From assembly GCA_043719155.1 (NCBI GenBank), contig JAYSUJ010000022.1:10448-74447 (forward strand): a stretch of DNA of 64,000 nt, read 5' to 3'. Position numbers and translations under genes: made by a program. How positions within the stretch are numbered: position 1 is the first letter of the stretch; every line of letters starts with the position of its first letter. Positions 41,842 to 51,510 of the stretch are shown here, piece after piece. The notes below the pieces were generated by a model, which did no database searches, had not been told where the DNA came from, and worked only from the letters and a program-made list of their open reading frames with translations. This DNA is from a bacterium. GTDB taxonomy: Bacteria; Patescibacteriota; Minisyncoccia; Phycocordibacterales; UBA5272.

Positions 41842-43032
41842 CTATATTTTAGCATAAACTCGAAACTTTACCTGATCCTTACCGGTTGCACCCAAAACTT
41901 TTGCAGTACAAGCAGTAAAGTCTATGGCATTACCTGTCCACTCAGCTGGACCCAAATCACCAAGTTTAAACACTCCGTTTTTTCCATTTTTAAACATAAA
42001 CACCTCTATTTTCCTATTTTTAATACTTTCTTTTATTTCTATAACGCATTTTGAATTCCTAGTTTTTACACAATAGTCCAAAGTAGTACCGAAAAACTTA
42101 TCCACTGTTTTATACGGTAGAGAAACCAAGCAGGCGTCGCTTCGGTACGGGTTTAGCCCAAAGGCTGTGCGGGAAAACATTTTAAAACCTGACTCGCTCT
42201 TTCCGCCATTTATTGCAAATAGAGTCCCCCAACCCACTACCCAACCACTGTAGTTTAAGCTTTTAAAAGCCAAACTTGAGTTCGTATCTCTATTTGAAAG
42301 TGCGTTAATTTCGGGCTCAACAAATAGCCTTTCATTTTCTTGTTCAAGCTTACTTAAAATACTTCTCGAAGTGTTTATTGCTCCAGAATTTAACAAACCT
42401 TTATTTTCTAGGCTGGTTTGACTCGTAAAAGACTTTTCACTTAATTTTATTATTCCGAGCTTCGTCTCAACACTGTCTTTTTCAAGAAAAGAGTTATCGG
42501 TCTGAGATTTTTTTGCTAAGACATATTTTTGCAAATCACCAATTTCAAAATTGTTGCATTCTGGGGCCATTTCCGTACTTAAGTAAAACGAGTCTCCACA
42601 GCCAATAAATAAATCCTGTCTACACATCTCTTTTTGTAAATTGGTTCCTGAGTTACAAACAGTATCTATACTACTGTTAACATTAGTATCAATTAAAAGT
42701 TTTTTAAATTTCTTCTCAAAGATGTTTATATTTTCAAACCTTAAGTCTTCTTCATTATAAATTACGTCTTCCTCCTTTTTTACTGTTTGGTTACCAAGAG
42801 TCGTCGTTGTTGAAGGTGGAGGTAGAGTTGAAAAAAAAACTGGTGTGTTTATCAAAACCTTTTGTTCAAAAAGATTTGAACTCAAATCGCTATCCCGAGC
42901 TTTAATTGGTGAGTTACCTGAAATGTTTAAATAATTAAAAAAAGAAAAACAAACATAAAGTATACTTAAGAACAAGAATAAAGCTGCCGGTAAAAGTATA
43001 TAGACTTTATTTAAACTTAATCTACTCTTCAT
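41842..43032 (-). CDS. Hypothetical secreted/membrane-anchored protein (396 aa)
   Basis: N-terminal TM/signal; Cys-containing extracellular region; no known motif. Confidence 0.45.
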   Translation of the reverse strand: MKSRLSLNKVYILLPAALFLFLSILYVCFSFFNYLNISGNSPIKARDSDLSSNLFEQKVLINTPVFFSTLPPPSTTTTLGNQTVKKEEDVIYNEEDLRFENINIFEKKFKKLLIDTNVNSSIDTVCNSGTNLQKEMCRQDLFIGCGDSFYLSTEMAPECNNFEIGDLQKYVLAKKSQTDNSFLEKDSVETKLGIIKLSEKSFTSQTSLENKGLLNSGAINTSRSILSKLEQENERLFVEPEINALSNRDTNSSLAFKSLNYSGWVVGWGTLFAINGGKSESGFKMFSRTAFGLNPYRSDACLVSLPYKTVDKFFGTTLDYCVKTRNSKCVIEIKESIKNRKIEVFMFKNGKNGVFKLGDLGPAEWTGNAIDFTACTAKVLGATGKDQVKFRVYAKI

Positions 43033-43037
43033 GTTAA

Positions 43038-43589
43038 TTAGGCATTCATCATTTTTTTATAAACTTCGTAAAGGGCTTTTGCATCAGCCAATGCCGTATG
43101 AGCATTTTCATTTTTAATTTGGAAAAGCTCACACAAATAGCGGAGTGAATATTTTACATCTGATCTATTGTAAAGTCTAGCAAAAGCGATAGAAATAGTG
43201 TCCAGCTTATATCTTGCCATCGGGTTCTCTAGCCCGGCTCTTTCAAAGCTTTTTTCCATAAAAGCTGCATCGAAAGTTAAATTGTGGGAAACTTGTATTG
43301 TACCCGCGAGCTTGGTTGCTAAAAACTCCATTGCATTTTTAAGATCTGGGGCAAACATCCAGTCAGCTTCATTGTAACCGTTGATACGCAATGCCTCTTC
43401 CTCAGCATCCTCTATCCTACTGGGTTTTATCTTCAGGTCAATCTCTTCTATCTTCTCCAATTTTGGACCTAGTCCTCCGTCCCTTTGTATTTGTCTTGCT
43501 AGTACCACACCAACTTGTATAACCTCATGTTTTTCTGCACTCAAACCGGTAGTTTCAACATCCAAAAAAGCCAAAATTGATTCTTTCAT
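43038..43589 (-). CDS. DEDDh 3-prime-5-prime exonuclease (DNA polymerase III epsilon-like)
   Basis: Exo I LAFLDVETTGL, Exo II/III with H-x4-D (HTALADAKA). Confidence 0.8.
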   Translation of the reverse strand: MKESILAFLDVETTGLSAEKHEVIQVGVVLARQIQRDGGLGPKLEKIEEIDLKIKPSRIEDAEEEALRINGYNEADWMFAPDLKNAMEFLATKLAGTIQVSHNLTFDAAFMEKSFERAGLENPMARYKLDTISIAFARLYNRSDVKYSLRYLCELFQIKNENAHTALADAKALYEVYKKMMNA

Positions 43590-43626
43590 ATTTTCTTACT
43601 TATTTCTAAAGTTTAACATGAAAACG

Positions 43627-44562
43627 CTAATCTAAATATTTTCTTTTATATTTACTGTGTTCTTCAAAAGTATTGGAATAATACATTTTTCCATCACGAC
43701 CTGTTAAGTAAAATAGAAAGTCATTCTTCTTTGGTTTTATCGCAGCAGTCAGAGCCTCTATGCCCGGGTTAGAAATAGGCCCTATAGGCAACCCGGTGTT
43801 CAAGTAAGTGTTGTAATTACTCTTTTTTTTCAAATCACTATAAAGAGTTTTTTCTTTCCACAGACCATTACCATAAAGAACTGTTGCATCAACTTGCAAT
43901 GGCATATCTATTTGAAGTCTATTTTGATAAATACCAGAAATTATCTGCATCTCGTCTAAAGTTCTAGCCTCTCGCTCTAACATAGAAGCGATAATGACTT
44001 GTTCTTTGGTTGGCATTTTACCAAAAACTTTAAACATTTTTTCATTGAACTTGTCATTAAACTCTTTTAAAACTTCTTCAGTAGTCGCAAAGCTATAAAA
44101 GTAGTAAGTGTCTGGAAATAGATACCCTTCCTCGGCTTTGTCTAGAAAAACTTTTTTATCAAACTTTTTTACATACTTAGCGACTCTTTCGGCGATTTGT
44201 TTTTTCGTAAAACCTTCAGGAATAAGAACCGCCAAAGAAATAGGTTTCTTAAAAATCTCATAAATTATTTGATATGTAGACACAGCTTTTTCAAACCTAT
44301 ATTCACCAGGGTAAAACTTTGTTTTTCCAAAAATTTTTATCGTTACCTTACCCCAAAAAGCTGATCGAATAAAGCCTTTATCTTCCAAACCACTTAATAT
44401 TTCTGTTCCTGTGTCATTCTTTTCTATGGTAAAAACTTGGTCAACTGGTATATCTTTTTTAACAGAAAAAATTTGGAATAATACAAAAACTGTTGATACT
44501 ACAAAAAGCCAAAGACAGAAATAGAATACTTTAAACTTAGTGAGTCTTTCTTGTTCCCACAT
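43627..44562 (-). CDS. mltG: Endolytic murein transglycosylase MltG (YceG family)
   Basis: N-terminal TM, conserved YceG core incl. catalytic Glu region (ASMLEREA). Confidence 0.75.
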   Translation of the reverse strand: MWEQERLTKFKVFYFCLWLFVVSTVFVLFQIFSVKKDIPVDQVFTIEKNDTGTEILSGLEDKGFIRSAFWGKVTIKIFGKTKFYPGEYRFEKAVSTYQIIYEIFKKPISLAVLIPEGFTKKQIAERVAKYVKKFDKKVFLDKAEEGYLFPDTYYFYSFATTEEVLKEFNDKFNEKMFKVFGKMPTKEQVIIASMLEREARTLDEMQIISGIYQNRLQIDMPLQVDATVLYGNGLWKEKTLYSDLKKKSNYNTYLNTGLPIGPISNPGIEALTAAIKPKKNDFLFYLTGRDGKMYYSNTFEEHSKYKRKYLD

Positions 44563-44566
44563 ATAT

Positions 44567-46159
44567 TTAAATAGGTAAGTTCTTTGGTGGATCGGCTTTT
44601 ACAGACTGGACACGACTTTGTGAGTTTCCAAAAGCTTTGCCAGGAAAATGCCAAAGGGTCACAAGTTCTTCCATGTTTAAAATAACAAAGTTCTCTTTCC
44701 TAATAGGTAGATGCCCTACACCTGTAAAATACTCTTTAACTTCTCCCCACTGAACCATAGCCCAATCCCAACTTTTACCTTTTCTCCATCTAGTCCAAAT
44801 AGTTTTTATTCCGTCCCAATTTCCAGCCTCCATACCTTCAAAGTCATACAGGCCTGCACGAAGTTTAAAAAGCATCCATGTCCAAGATCTTGTTCCCTCT
44901 GATCTAGCTCCAGTTGGATCTAGAAAAGGTGTATCTGTATCGATTGTAACTGTTTCAAACTTAAATTCATTGTAACCAGGTTTACCAAAACTCTTCATTG
45001 CACTAACCACAGAGAAAACACCTTTGTTCAAATTAAAATCTTTTTTTTCTTTTACATGGTAAAACATTCTTAGTACACAATCAAAAGCAGGTTTCTCAAT
45101 ATTTCTTTGCAACATTTCTAGTTCAAGTTTGTCAGAAGGTGTAACCTGCATAGCGTTTCGACTTTGCTCTTTAATGTCTCCCACTTTCACTTTTTTACCC
45201 TCCTTTTCTGCTGCCTCAACCTCTGCGTTTGTAAATCTTTTTATTCCTAAAATCTGGTCTATCCTGTTGCTTGTTCTTTTTTTCCATCCTACAATTCCAT
45301 GTCCCTGTGGGCTCTCTGAATCGCTAAGGGGTTCGTCAAGAGTTGGCATAATCAAAATCTGAAAGAAAAAACTCTCACCTTTACCGGCACTAGCCATCGC
45401 CTCCAAGAGAGGTGTAAGTGGGTCTATTTTATATTCCTCTTTAGGATCTCGATCTAGACCATAATCAACATAGGTTTTGATTGGCAAAATATTGTCTTTG
45501 TCCATATTCCATCTACCAACATAAAGATTACCCCCCTTTTTTTGATAATCATATTTTAAGCTATAATCAGGCTTTTCAGTTATCTCTATACCTGGATACT
45601 GCGAAAAAGCATAAGCTTTAAAAATTTCAGCATTTTTAGGCTGCGTCATCACCCAAAAAGTGATATCACCTTCCTGAGAGACAATCTCTAAAGAAGAAGA
45701 CATACGCAAGCTTCCACTGACATACTTCAAAAAAAACTCCTCCCTCATCTTATTTACCCATTTGTAAATAGGGCCGTCATTTTTCATTTGTTTGTGGCCA
45801 TGATTGTCAACTTCCTTGGTTGGCCTAGGAACCAAAATTTTTTTTGGTTTATGTCCTAACCCTTGGTTTAAAGCATTTAAAACAATCTCCATAGCCGCAG
45901 GGTTTTTATTAATTTCTTGGGGAAGTTTAATTTCTAAAAAAACCTTGCTATTATAAAATTTATTTACGAGAGTTTTTACCCTATTCACATGTAGCCACCA
46001 GGACATGACATAATTTGTACCTTTAAAAGTAAAAGCAAAGAGCAGGGCAACGGCAAAAAGATTAAAGGTTAGTGTGTAAAAAAGAACTGTGTCCATAGTT
46101 AAAAACAGTATAGCAGGCAGTTTAAAAAAAACAAACAAAAAAACTTGAAAATCTTTCAA
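44567..46159 (-). CDS. Hypothetical membrane-anchored protein (530 aa, 2 N-terminal TM)
   Basis: No recognisable motif; Trp-rich C-terminal region. Confidence 0.45.
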   Translation of the reverse strand: MKDFQVFLFVFFKLPAILFLTMDTVLFYTLTFNLFAVALLFAFTFKGTNYVMSWWLHVNRVKTLVNKFYNSKVFLEIKLPQEINKNPAAMEIVLNALNQGLGHKPKKILVPRPTKEVDNHGHKQMKNDGPIYKWVNKMREEFFLKYVSGSLRMSSSLEIVSQEGDITFWVMTQPKNAEIFKAYAFSQYPGIEITEKPDYSLKYDYQKKGGNLYVGRWNMDKDNILPIKTYVDYGLDRDPKEEYKIDPLTPLLEAMASAGKGESFFFQILIMPTLDEPLSDSESPQGHGIVGWKKRTSNRIDQILGIKRFTNAEVEAAEKEGKKVKVGDIKEQSRNAMQVTPSDKLELEMLQRNIEKPAFDCVLRMFYHVKEKKDFNLNKGVFSVVSAMKSFGKPGYNEFKFETVTIDTDTPFLDPTGARSEGTRSWTWMLFKLRAGLYDFEGMEAGNWDGIKTIWTRWRKGKSWDWAMVQWGEVKEYFTGVGHLPIRKENFVILNMEELVTLWHFPGKAFGNSQSRVQSVKADPPKNLPI

Positions 46160-46191
46160 GTTTTTTTTGTTTGTTTTTTAATCTTTAACCT

Positions 46192-47283
46192 TTAAACTTT
46201 CTTTACTGAATATTTCCCATCAGTACTTTTATCAAAAAACTTTGGATTTTGTAGGTTCACAACTACGGTATTGTCTTTTACAACTCTCTCTTTTTTAACT
46301 AAATCTATAATATCATTTTTGGAAAGAGGAGTATTGGCACGATTCATCACTTCGGTGATAACATCTCGGACAATACCACCACTATGGCCCCATTCTCTTA
46401 GACCATAAATGCCACGACCAACTAAAACAAAGCGAGTGTCACGGATAAGCTCATTATGACAAGTTGCAACATGGGCTTTTCGCTTGAATTCAACAAAAAT
46501 CTCTTTCGCTACATCTCTAAAGTGCATTGGACGCCCAGACTTTCTTACCACTAAGTATGCGAAATCCTTTATACCACGAGTCTTGATGTTCGGAGAAGTT
46601 TTCTTGCCCCACTCGCCCATTTGGTTTTTACCTAAAGTTTTAGAAAGCGAGAGGTATTTGAAAAGCATCTCTTTAGACTTGTAAACCTCATGCAACTCTT
46701 CTATTTGCTTTGAAAATCTGTCAAGCAACACATCCTCAGCTATCATTTCTTCTTCAGTTATATTTTGATGCAAATTTGAAAGTCCACCATGTACTGTGTC
46801 TTTGATTTTTGAGTCAATTGACCAATGTTTGTTAAAAGTCTCGTCTTCTTTAGTAGATTTAAAATCATCATGAAGTACTAAATAAAAATGTATATGATTT
46901 TGAGTAAGCTTATCTTTTGCAATTTCATCTAAAAAAGTTTCTTCATGCACAACTCCACCAGCATCTTGCATTATTTTTTTAATTTCATCGAAAGATGTAG
47001 ACTCAGCTAAAAAGTTGTCACTTTTCTTGATCATTTTCAAAGCAAAATTCTCTATCTGTCTTACTCGCTCACGAGTGATGCCATATTTCTTACCAATACT
47101 TTCCAATGTTTTTCGGTCACCAAGCTCACTTAGTCCAAAACGCCCGACAACAACTTCTCTTGCTCTTGTGTTAAGTGGAGACAGCAAGTTTTTAGTAGTT
47201 TTTTTCGGAGAAAATGTGATTTTGCTTTTCATATTTTTTATTTTTCTTATAAACATTATATCACAATTTGACAAAGTTAGCAA
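46192..47283 (-). CDS. Sigma-70 region-4-like HTH protein with C-terminal HARE-HTH-like winged helix
   Basis: N-terminal LSPLNTRAREVVVGRFGL..TLESIGKKYGITRERVRQIENFALKMI; C-terminal ..YLVVRKSGRPMHFRDVAKEI..RFVLVGRGIYGLREWG resembling RNAP delta N-domain. Confidence 0.6.
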   Translation of the reverse strand: MLTLSNCDIMFIRKIKNMKSKITFSPKKTTKNLLSPLNTRAREVVVGRFGLSELGDRKTLESIGKKYGITRERVRQIENFALKMIKKSDNFLAESTSFDEIKKIMQDAGGVVHEETFLDEIAKDKLTQNHIHFYLVLHDDFKSTKEDETFNKHWSIDSKIKDTVHGGLSNLHQNITEEEMIAEDVLLDRFSKQIEELHEVYKSKEMLFKYLSLSKTLGKNQMGEWGKKTSPNIKTRGIKDFAYLVVRKSGRPMHFRDVAKEIFVEFKRKAHVATCHNELIRDTRFVLVGRGIYGLREWGHSGGIVRDVITEVMNRANTPLSKNDIIDLVKKERVVKDNTVVVNLQNPKFFDKSTDGKYSVKKV

Positions 47284-47322
47284 CAGTGTTGTAAAAAGTT
47301 ATACACATTTTGAACCCTAAAT

Positions 47323-50244
47323 CTAGAGTACTATATTTACAATCTTGTTTTTAACTACAATAATTTTTTTAGGAGCAACTTCACCTACCCATTTTTTGTA
47401 ATTTTCCAGATCTTTCGCCAGCTTTATCACTTCATCATCGCTTAAATTTACAGCACAAGCAAAAGAGTCTCGCAACTTTCCATTAACTTGAAATGCAATG
47501 TTGGTAGTATTGGCAACTATTTTAGTTGCGTCAAACTTTGGCCAAGAAGTTTTGTGTATAGAATAGTTTGTATTAGATAGACTTTCCCAAATCTCTTCAG
47601 TAAAAAATGGACAGATAGGTGTTAAAAGTTTGAGAAGAGTCTTGTAATCTTCTAAATTAATTTTCTGACTTTTGGTTTTGTCTACGGCATTTGTAAAAAT
47701 CATCAGTTGAGCTATGGCAGTGTTAAACTGCAACTTTTCATAATCCTCTTCACACTTTTTAATAGTTTGATTCAACACTGTTTCTATGTTTTCGTCTTTT
47801 ATATCTACTTCATTTATTTTGTATTGCAAATCCCAAACTCTCTCTATAAATCTTCTTGGACCTACTATAGCCTTTGAGTTCCAATTTGAAGAGTCGTGGT
47901 ATGGGCCTGTAAAGGCCAAATAAAGCCTTAAAGTATCAGCCCCAAATTGTCTTGCTACGTCGTCTGGGTTGATGACATTTCCATATCGTTTAGACATCTT
48001 TCGCCCATCTTCTCCCATAATTAAGCCTACAGCTTCTAGTCTCTTAAATGGCTCTTTTGTGGTCAGTACATTTTTGTCAAATAAAAACAGGTTCCAAAAA
48101 CGACCATATATCAAATGTCTTGTGGCATGCTCTAAGCCTCCTAAATAAATATCTACATCACCCCAATATTTTTCCTCAACACTGCCAACCAAAAAGTTTT
48201 CATTGTTTGGGTCCATGTAGCGCAACCAATACCAACTACTTCCTGCCCATTGCGGCATAGTGTTTGTTTCTCTTTTAAATAATTCCCCCTTTAGGTCACT
48301 TACAAATTCCCCACTTTCATTTATAAAACCATAAACGTCTGTGAATTCTTTAATATTTGCAAGCGGTGACTCGCCGTCACCTGTTGGCTCATAGCTTTCT
48401 ACTTCAGGTAAAAATACAGGCAATTCAGTATCTGCAACAAGATAATTTTTCTTTACTTCGTTTCCAATACTGTCTTTCTCAATTCTAGAAACAATCGGAA
48501 AAGGTTCACCCCAATATCTTTGTCTGGCAAAAACCCAATCTCGTAATTTGTACTTTGTTACCATTTTTCCACCTACAAAATCAACAATTTTTCTGCCAGC
48601 CTCTTCACTTTTTTGTCCATCAAATTTTCCAGAATTAACTAAAATGCCATTTTCCGTAAATAGTTTACCATTTAAATATTCGTCGAAATAAAATTTATGA
48701 TGTTTGGTAAATTTTAATGAAGTTAAAATTTCTTCTTTGGTTTTCCAGTCACCAATTTTAGTTCTCTCATCTACAATTTCTCCACGCTCATCATTTTCTA
48801 AAATAACTTCAAAAATCGCATCGTGACAAAGCTCTTCAACAACTTTTCTTGGTTTGTACCCTCTACTAAAAGCATTTTCAAAAATAGTTTTAACGGACTT
48901 AATATTTTTGTATCCTGTTTCTTCTGTAACCTCTCTTCTTACAGCATCGTCAGCACTTTCTCCTGTCTCTAGGCTGCCACCCGCCATTCCCTCTTCCGCC
49001 CCAAAGTCTATTACATAATACTTTTCCTCTGACCAGTGTTTTACTATAGCTGTGGCAGCTTTAAATTCACGAATGTTTTCTTCACTTTTTGGCGTACTTG
49101 GTCCATCCATAAGTGTAAAAGGTGCTACTACTTGTTTTTTTTCAATCCCAAACATATTTGCGAACTCGGCGTCTCTTTCGTCATGTGCTGGCACAGCCAT
49201 TATTGCCCCTGCACCGTAACTTGCCAAAACATAGTCGGCAATATAAACTGGAACTTGTTTTTGGTTGGTTGGGTTTATAGCAACTACACCTTCTAATTTC
49301 ACCCCAGTTTTTTCACGGCCTTCTGCACCTCTTTCAATTTCAGTTTTATCCTTAGCTCCTAAAATATACTTTTCAACCTCAATGCTATTTGAAATTAAAT
49401 TTTTTTCCAAGTATTCTTTTACAAGTTTATGTTCTGGTGCAAATACACAGTAAGTACAGCCAAATAATGTGTCAGGACGTGTGGTAAAAATTGTAAATTT
49501 GTTTTTTACTTCTCCACAAACTAAGTCAAAAACTATTTCCGCCCCCTCACTTTTTCCTATCCAGTTTCGCTGCATCTCTTTAATACTTTCTTTCCACTCC
49601 AAATTGTCCACCCCACTTAAAAGCTGCTCTGCATAGTCGGTGATGCGTATCACCCATTGTCTAATAGGTTTTTTTTCAACTACACTACTGCAACGCTCAC
49701 ACTTACCATCTTCTAAGTCCTCATTTGCTAGACCAGTTTTACAGCTTGGACACCAATTTATCGGCTCAAAGCTCTCATAACAAAGTCCTGCTTTGAAAAG
49801 CTGTTTAAAAATCCATTGCGTCCATTTATAAAATTTAGGATCTGTAGTATTAACAGTTCTGTCCCAGTCGTAAGAGAGTCCCAACATTTTCATTTGTTTC
49901 TCGAAATTGTCAGTATTTTTTTTAGTAGAGATTTTTGGATTTATTTTATTTTTAATAGCAAATTGTTCTGCAGGTAAACCAAAAGCATCCCAACCTGTAG
50001 CATGCAAAACGTTATACCCTTGCATTCTTTTTAGACGCGAATAAATATCTGAAGCTGAGAAAATTTTAGCGTGCCCAGCATGCAAACCCTCGCCACTTGG
50101 ATAAGGAAACATGTCTAAAACATGCATCTTTTTTTTACTTAAATCTAACTCAGTTTTGTACAACTTAGCTTCTTCCCATTTTTGGGCCCATTTAGCTTCA
50201 ATATCTTTAGGACTATAGAGTTTTTTAAGATTGTTTTGTGACAT
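47323..50244 (-). CDS. leuS: Leucyl-tRNA synthetase with inserted Nudix hydrolase domain
   Basis: HAGH (PYPSGEGLHAGH), editing CP1 TTRPDT, KMSKR; 973 aa; residues ~378-527 form Nudix fold with canonical Nudix box. Confidence 0.95.
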   Translation of the reverse strand: MSQNNLKKLYSPKDIEAKWAQKWEEAKLYKTELDLSKKKMHVLDMFPYPSGEGLHAGHAKIFSASDIYSRLKRMQGYNVLHATGWDAFGLPAEQFAIKNKINPKISTKKNTDNFEKQMKMLGLSYDWDRTVNTTDPKFYKWTQWIFKQLFKAGLCYESFEPINWCPSCKTGLANEDLEDGKCERCSSVVEKKPIRQWVIRITDYAEQLLSGVDNLEWKESIKEMQRNWIGKSEGAEIVFDLVCGEVKNKFTIFTTRPDTLFGCTYCVFAPEHKLVKEYLEKNLISNSIEVEKYILGAKDKTEIERGAEGREKTGVKLEGVVAINPTNQKQVPVYIADYVLASYGAGAIMAVPAHDERDAEFANMFGIEKKQVVAPFTLMDGPSTPKSEENIREFKAATAIVKHWSEEKYYVIDFGAEEGMAGGSLETGESADDAVRREVTEETGYKNIKSVKTIFENAFSRGYKPRKVVEELCHDAIFEVILENDERGEIVDERTKIGDWKTKEEILTSLKFTKHHKFYFDEYLNGKLFTENGILVNSGKFDGQKSEEAGRKIVDFVGGKMVTKYKLRDWVFARQRYWGEPFPIVSRIEKDSIGNEVKKNYLVADTELPVFLPEVESYEPTGDGESPLANIKEFTDVYGFINESGEFVSDLKGELFKRETNTMPQWAGSSWYWLRYMDPNNENFLVGSVEEKYWGDVDIYLGGLEHATRHLIYGRFWNLFLFDKNVLTTKEPFKRLEAVGLIMGEDGRKMSKRYGNVINPDDVARQFGADTLRLYLAFTGPYHDSSNWNSKAIVGPRRFIERVWDLQYKINEVDIKDENIETVLNQTIKKCEEDYEKLQFNTAIAQLMIFTNAVDKTKSQKINLEDYKTLLKLLTPICPFFTEEIWESLSNTNYSIHKTSWPKFDATKIVANTTNIAFQVNGKLRDSFACAVNLSDDEVIKLAKDLENYKKWVGEVAPKKIIVVKNKIVNIVL

Positions 50245-50292
50245 ATTTTTTGTAAAATTATTCTAATTACATGATACACTATTTCACAACTT

Positions 50293-50880
50293 ATGGTCAA
50301 ATTAAAATCACCTCAAAATTTTGATGAAAAAATCACAAGTGCCATGGGGTCTGTGCCCTCTATCATAATCCACACACTTTTATTTATCACTTTTCTTTTA
50401 TCCCCGTTTTTTGGATTTGACCTAGAGAAATCACTTTTGGTTTTAACCACAGTAGTTTCTTTAGAAGCTATATACTTGGCTTTATTTATTCAGATATCCT
50501 TAAATAGGCAGAGTAAAACAATAGCCGAGGTTTCCGAAGACATTGAAGAAATCCAAGAGGACGTAGAAGATATTCAGGAAAATGTTGAAGAAATCCAAGA
50601 GGACGTAGAGGAAGTCTCAAAGGATGTAGAAGAAATTAACGAAAGTGTAGAGGAGATAGAGAAAGATGTAGACGAACTAAGTGAGGACGTAGAAGAGTTG
50701 CAAGAAGACCTCGAGGAGTCCGAAAAAGAAGATGAAAATGAAGAAAGAACTGAAAAAGAACAAGAAAGAATCGAGAATCAAAAAGAAAAGATACGGCAAG
50801 CTGACCAAAAAAAGCGTCTTGAAAAAATGGAGAATCTTTTAGAAAGTCTTTTAGGAGAAATTTCTAATTTAAAAAAATAA
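50293..50880 (+). CDS. Membrane-anchored protein with highly acidic heptad-repeat coiled-coil tail
   Basis: 2 N-terminal TM, then repeats EDIEEIQEDVEDIQENVEEIQEDVEEVSKDVEEINESVEEIEKDVDELSEDVEELQEDLEE. Confidence 0.55.
   Translation: MVKLKSPQNFDEKITSAMGSVPSIIIHTLLFITFLLSPFFGFDLEKSLLVLTTVVSLEAIYLALFIQISLNRQSKTIAEVSEDIEEIQEDVEDIQENVEEIQEDVEEVSKDVEEINESVEEIEKDVDELSEDVEELQEDLEESEKEDENEERTEKEQERIENQKEKIRQADQKKRLEKMENLLESLLGEISNLKK
50533..50720 (+). repeat. ~9 tandem 21-nt (7-codon) repeats encoding (E/D)(D/I)VEEIQ units
   Basis: Direct inspection: gaagaNatNcaagaggacgtagaa periodicity. Confidence 0.6.
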
Positions 50881-50989
50881 TTTTGTTTTTTAAATGATTT
50901 AGTGTAAAATGTCAATACTTGTGGTAAATCTATCACAAAGTGATTTACGCTTTGTCGGTAACCCAGATAAAACGCTAAAGGAGACATCC

Positions 50990-51370
50990 GTGTCAAACTA
51001 TGCTTTCTATTTACTGGTTCTGCTTGGTTTGTGCCACTGGCTTGGTGACTTTTCACATCTGACTACAAAATGGATGCAGGAAGCCAAGCGTTACGGACAT
51101 CCGTTCGAACCCATCCTTGCACACGCATGTGCGCACGGAGGCTTGATGTGTCTCGCACTGCAACTAAGCAGTGCAAGTCAAACCAGGATACTATGGACTT
51201 GTTTGTTTCAAGTGTTGATGCACTTTTGCATCGACATGACAAAAGGCGCGCTAAATGGGCTGTACCCCAGCTTGGAAAACCAAAGAGAGAAACCATATTG
51301 GTATATCTTTGGCTTCGACCAGTTTTTGCACTTCTTTACTATCTTGGTCATGGTTAAAGCCCTAACCTGA
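50990..51370 (+). CDS. Hypothetical polytopic membrane protein with conserved His/Cys residues (126 aa; ORF-track ATG start 50909)
   Basis: RBS AAGGAGA 5 nt before GTG 50990; MSNYAFYLLVLLGLCHWLGDFSHL..HACAHGG..HFCID; GC-elevated. Confidence 0.45.
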   Translation: MSNYAFYLLVLLGLCHWLGDFSHLTTKWMQEAKRYGHPFEPILAHACAHGGLMCLALQLSSASQTRILWTCLFQVLMHFCIDMTKGALNGLYPSLENQREKPYWYIFGFDQFLHFFTILVMVKALT

Positions 51371-51387
51371 TTTGAAGAAGGGGTGTA

Positions 51388-51420
51388 AGTGGTCGGCAAC
51401 GCAAGTTGCCGACCTTTTTA
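51388..51420 (+). terminator. Intrinsic terminator, copy 1 of duplicated hairpin
   Basis: gtggtcggcaac-gcaa-gttgccgacc + TTTTTA. Confidence 0.65.
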
Positions 51421-51432
51421 TATTTCTTTTTT

Positions 51433-51461
51433 TTGCATTTTCAAATCATTTCAGTTAAAAT
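51433..51461 (+). promoter_or_regulatory. Near-consensus sigma70 promoter for Cys-rich peptide gene
   Basis: TTGCAT (51433-51438) - 17 nt - TAAAAT (51456-51461). Confidence 0.55.
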
Positions 51462-51510
51462 GTAAAAGCAGGAAAAAACTGCAAAACAGAAATGCATTAG
51501 GAGAGTAAAA

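Noticed and set aside
50245-50292. T-box leader upstream of leuS
   Set aside because: Only 48 nt between leuS start and the divergent gene; no AANNNGGGTGGNACCGCG-like T-box sequence.
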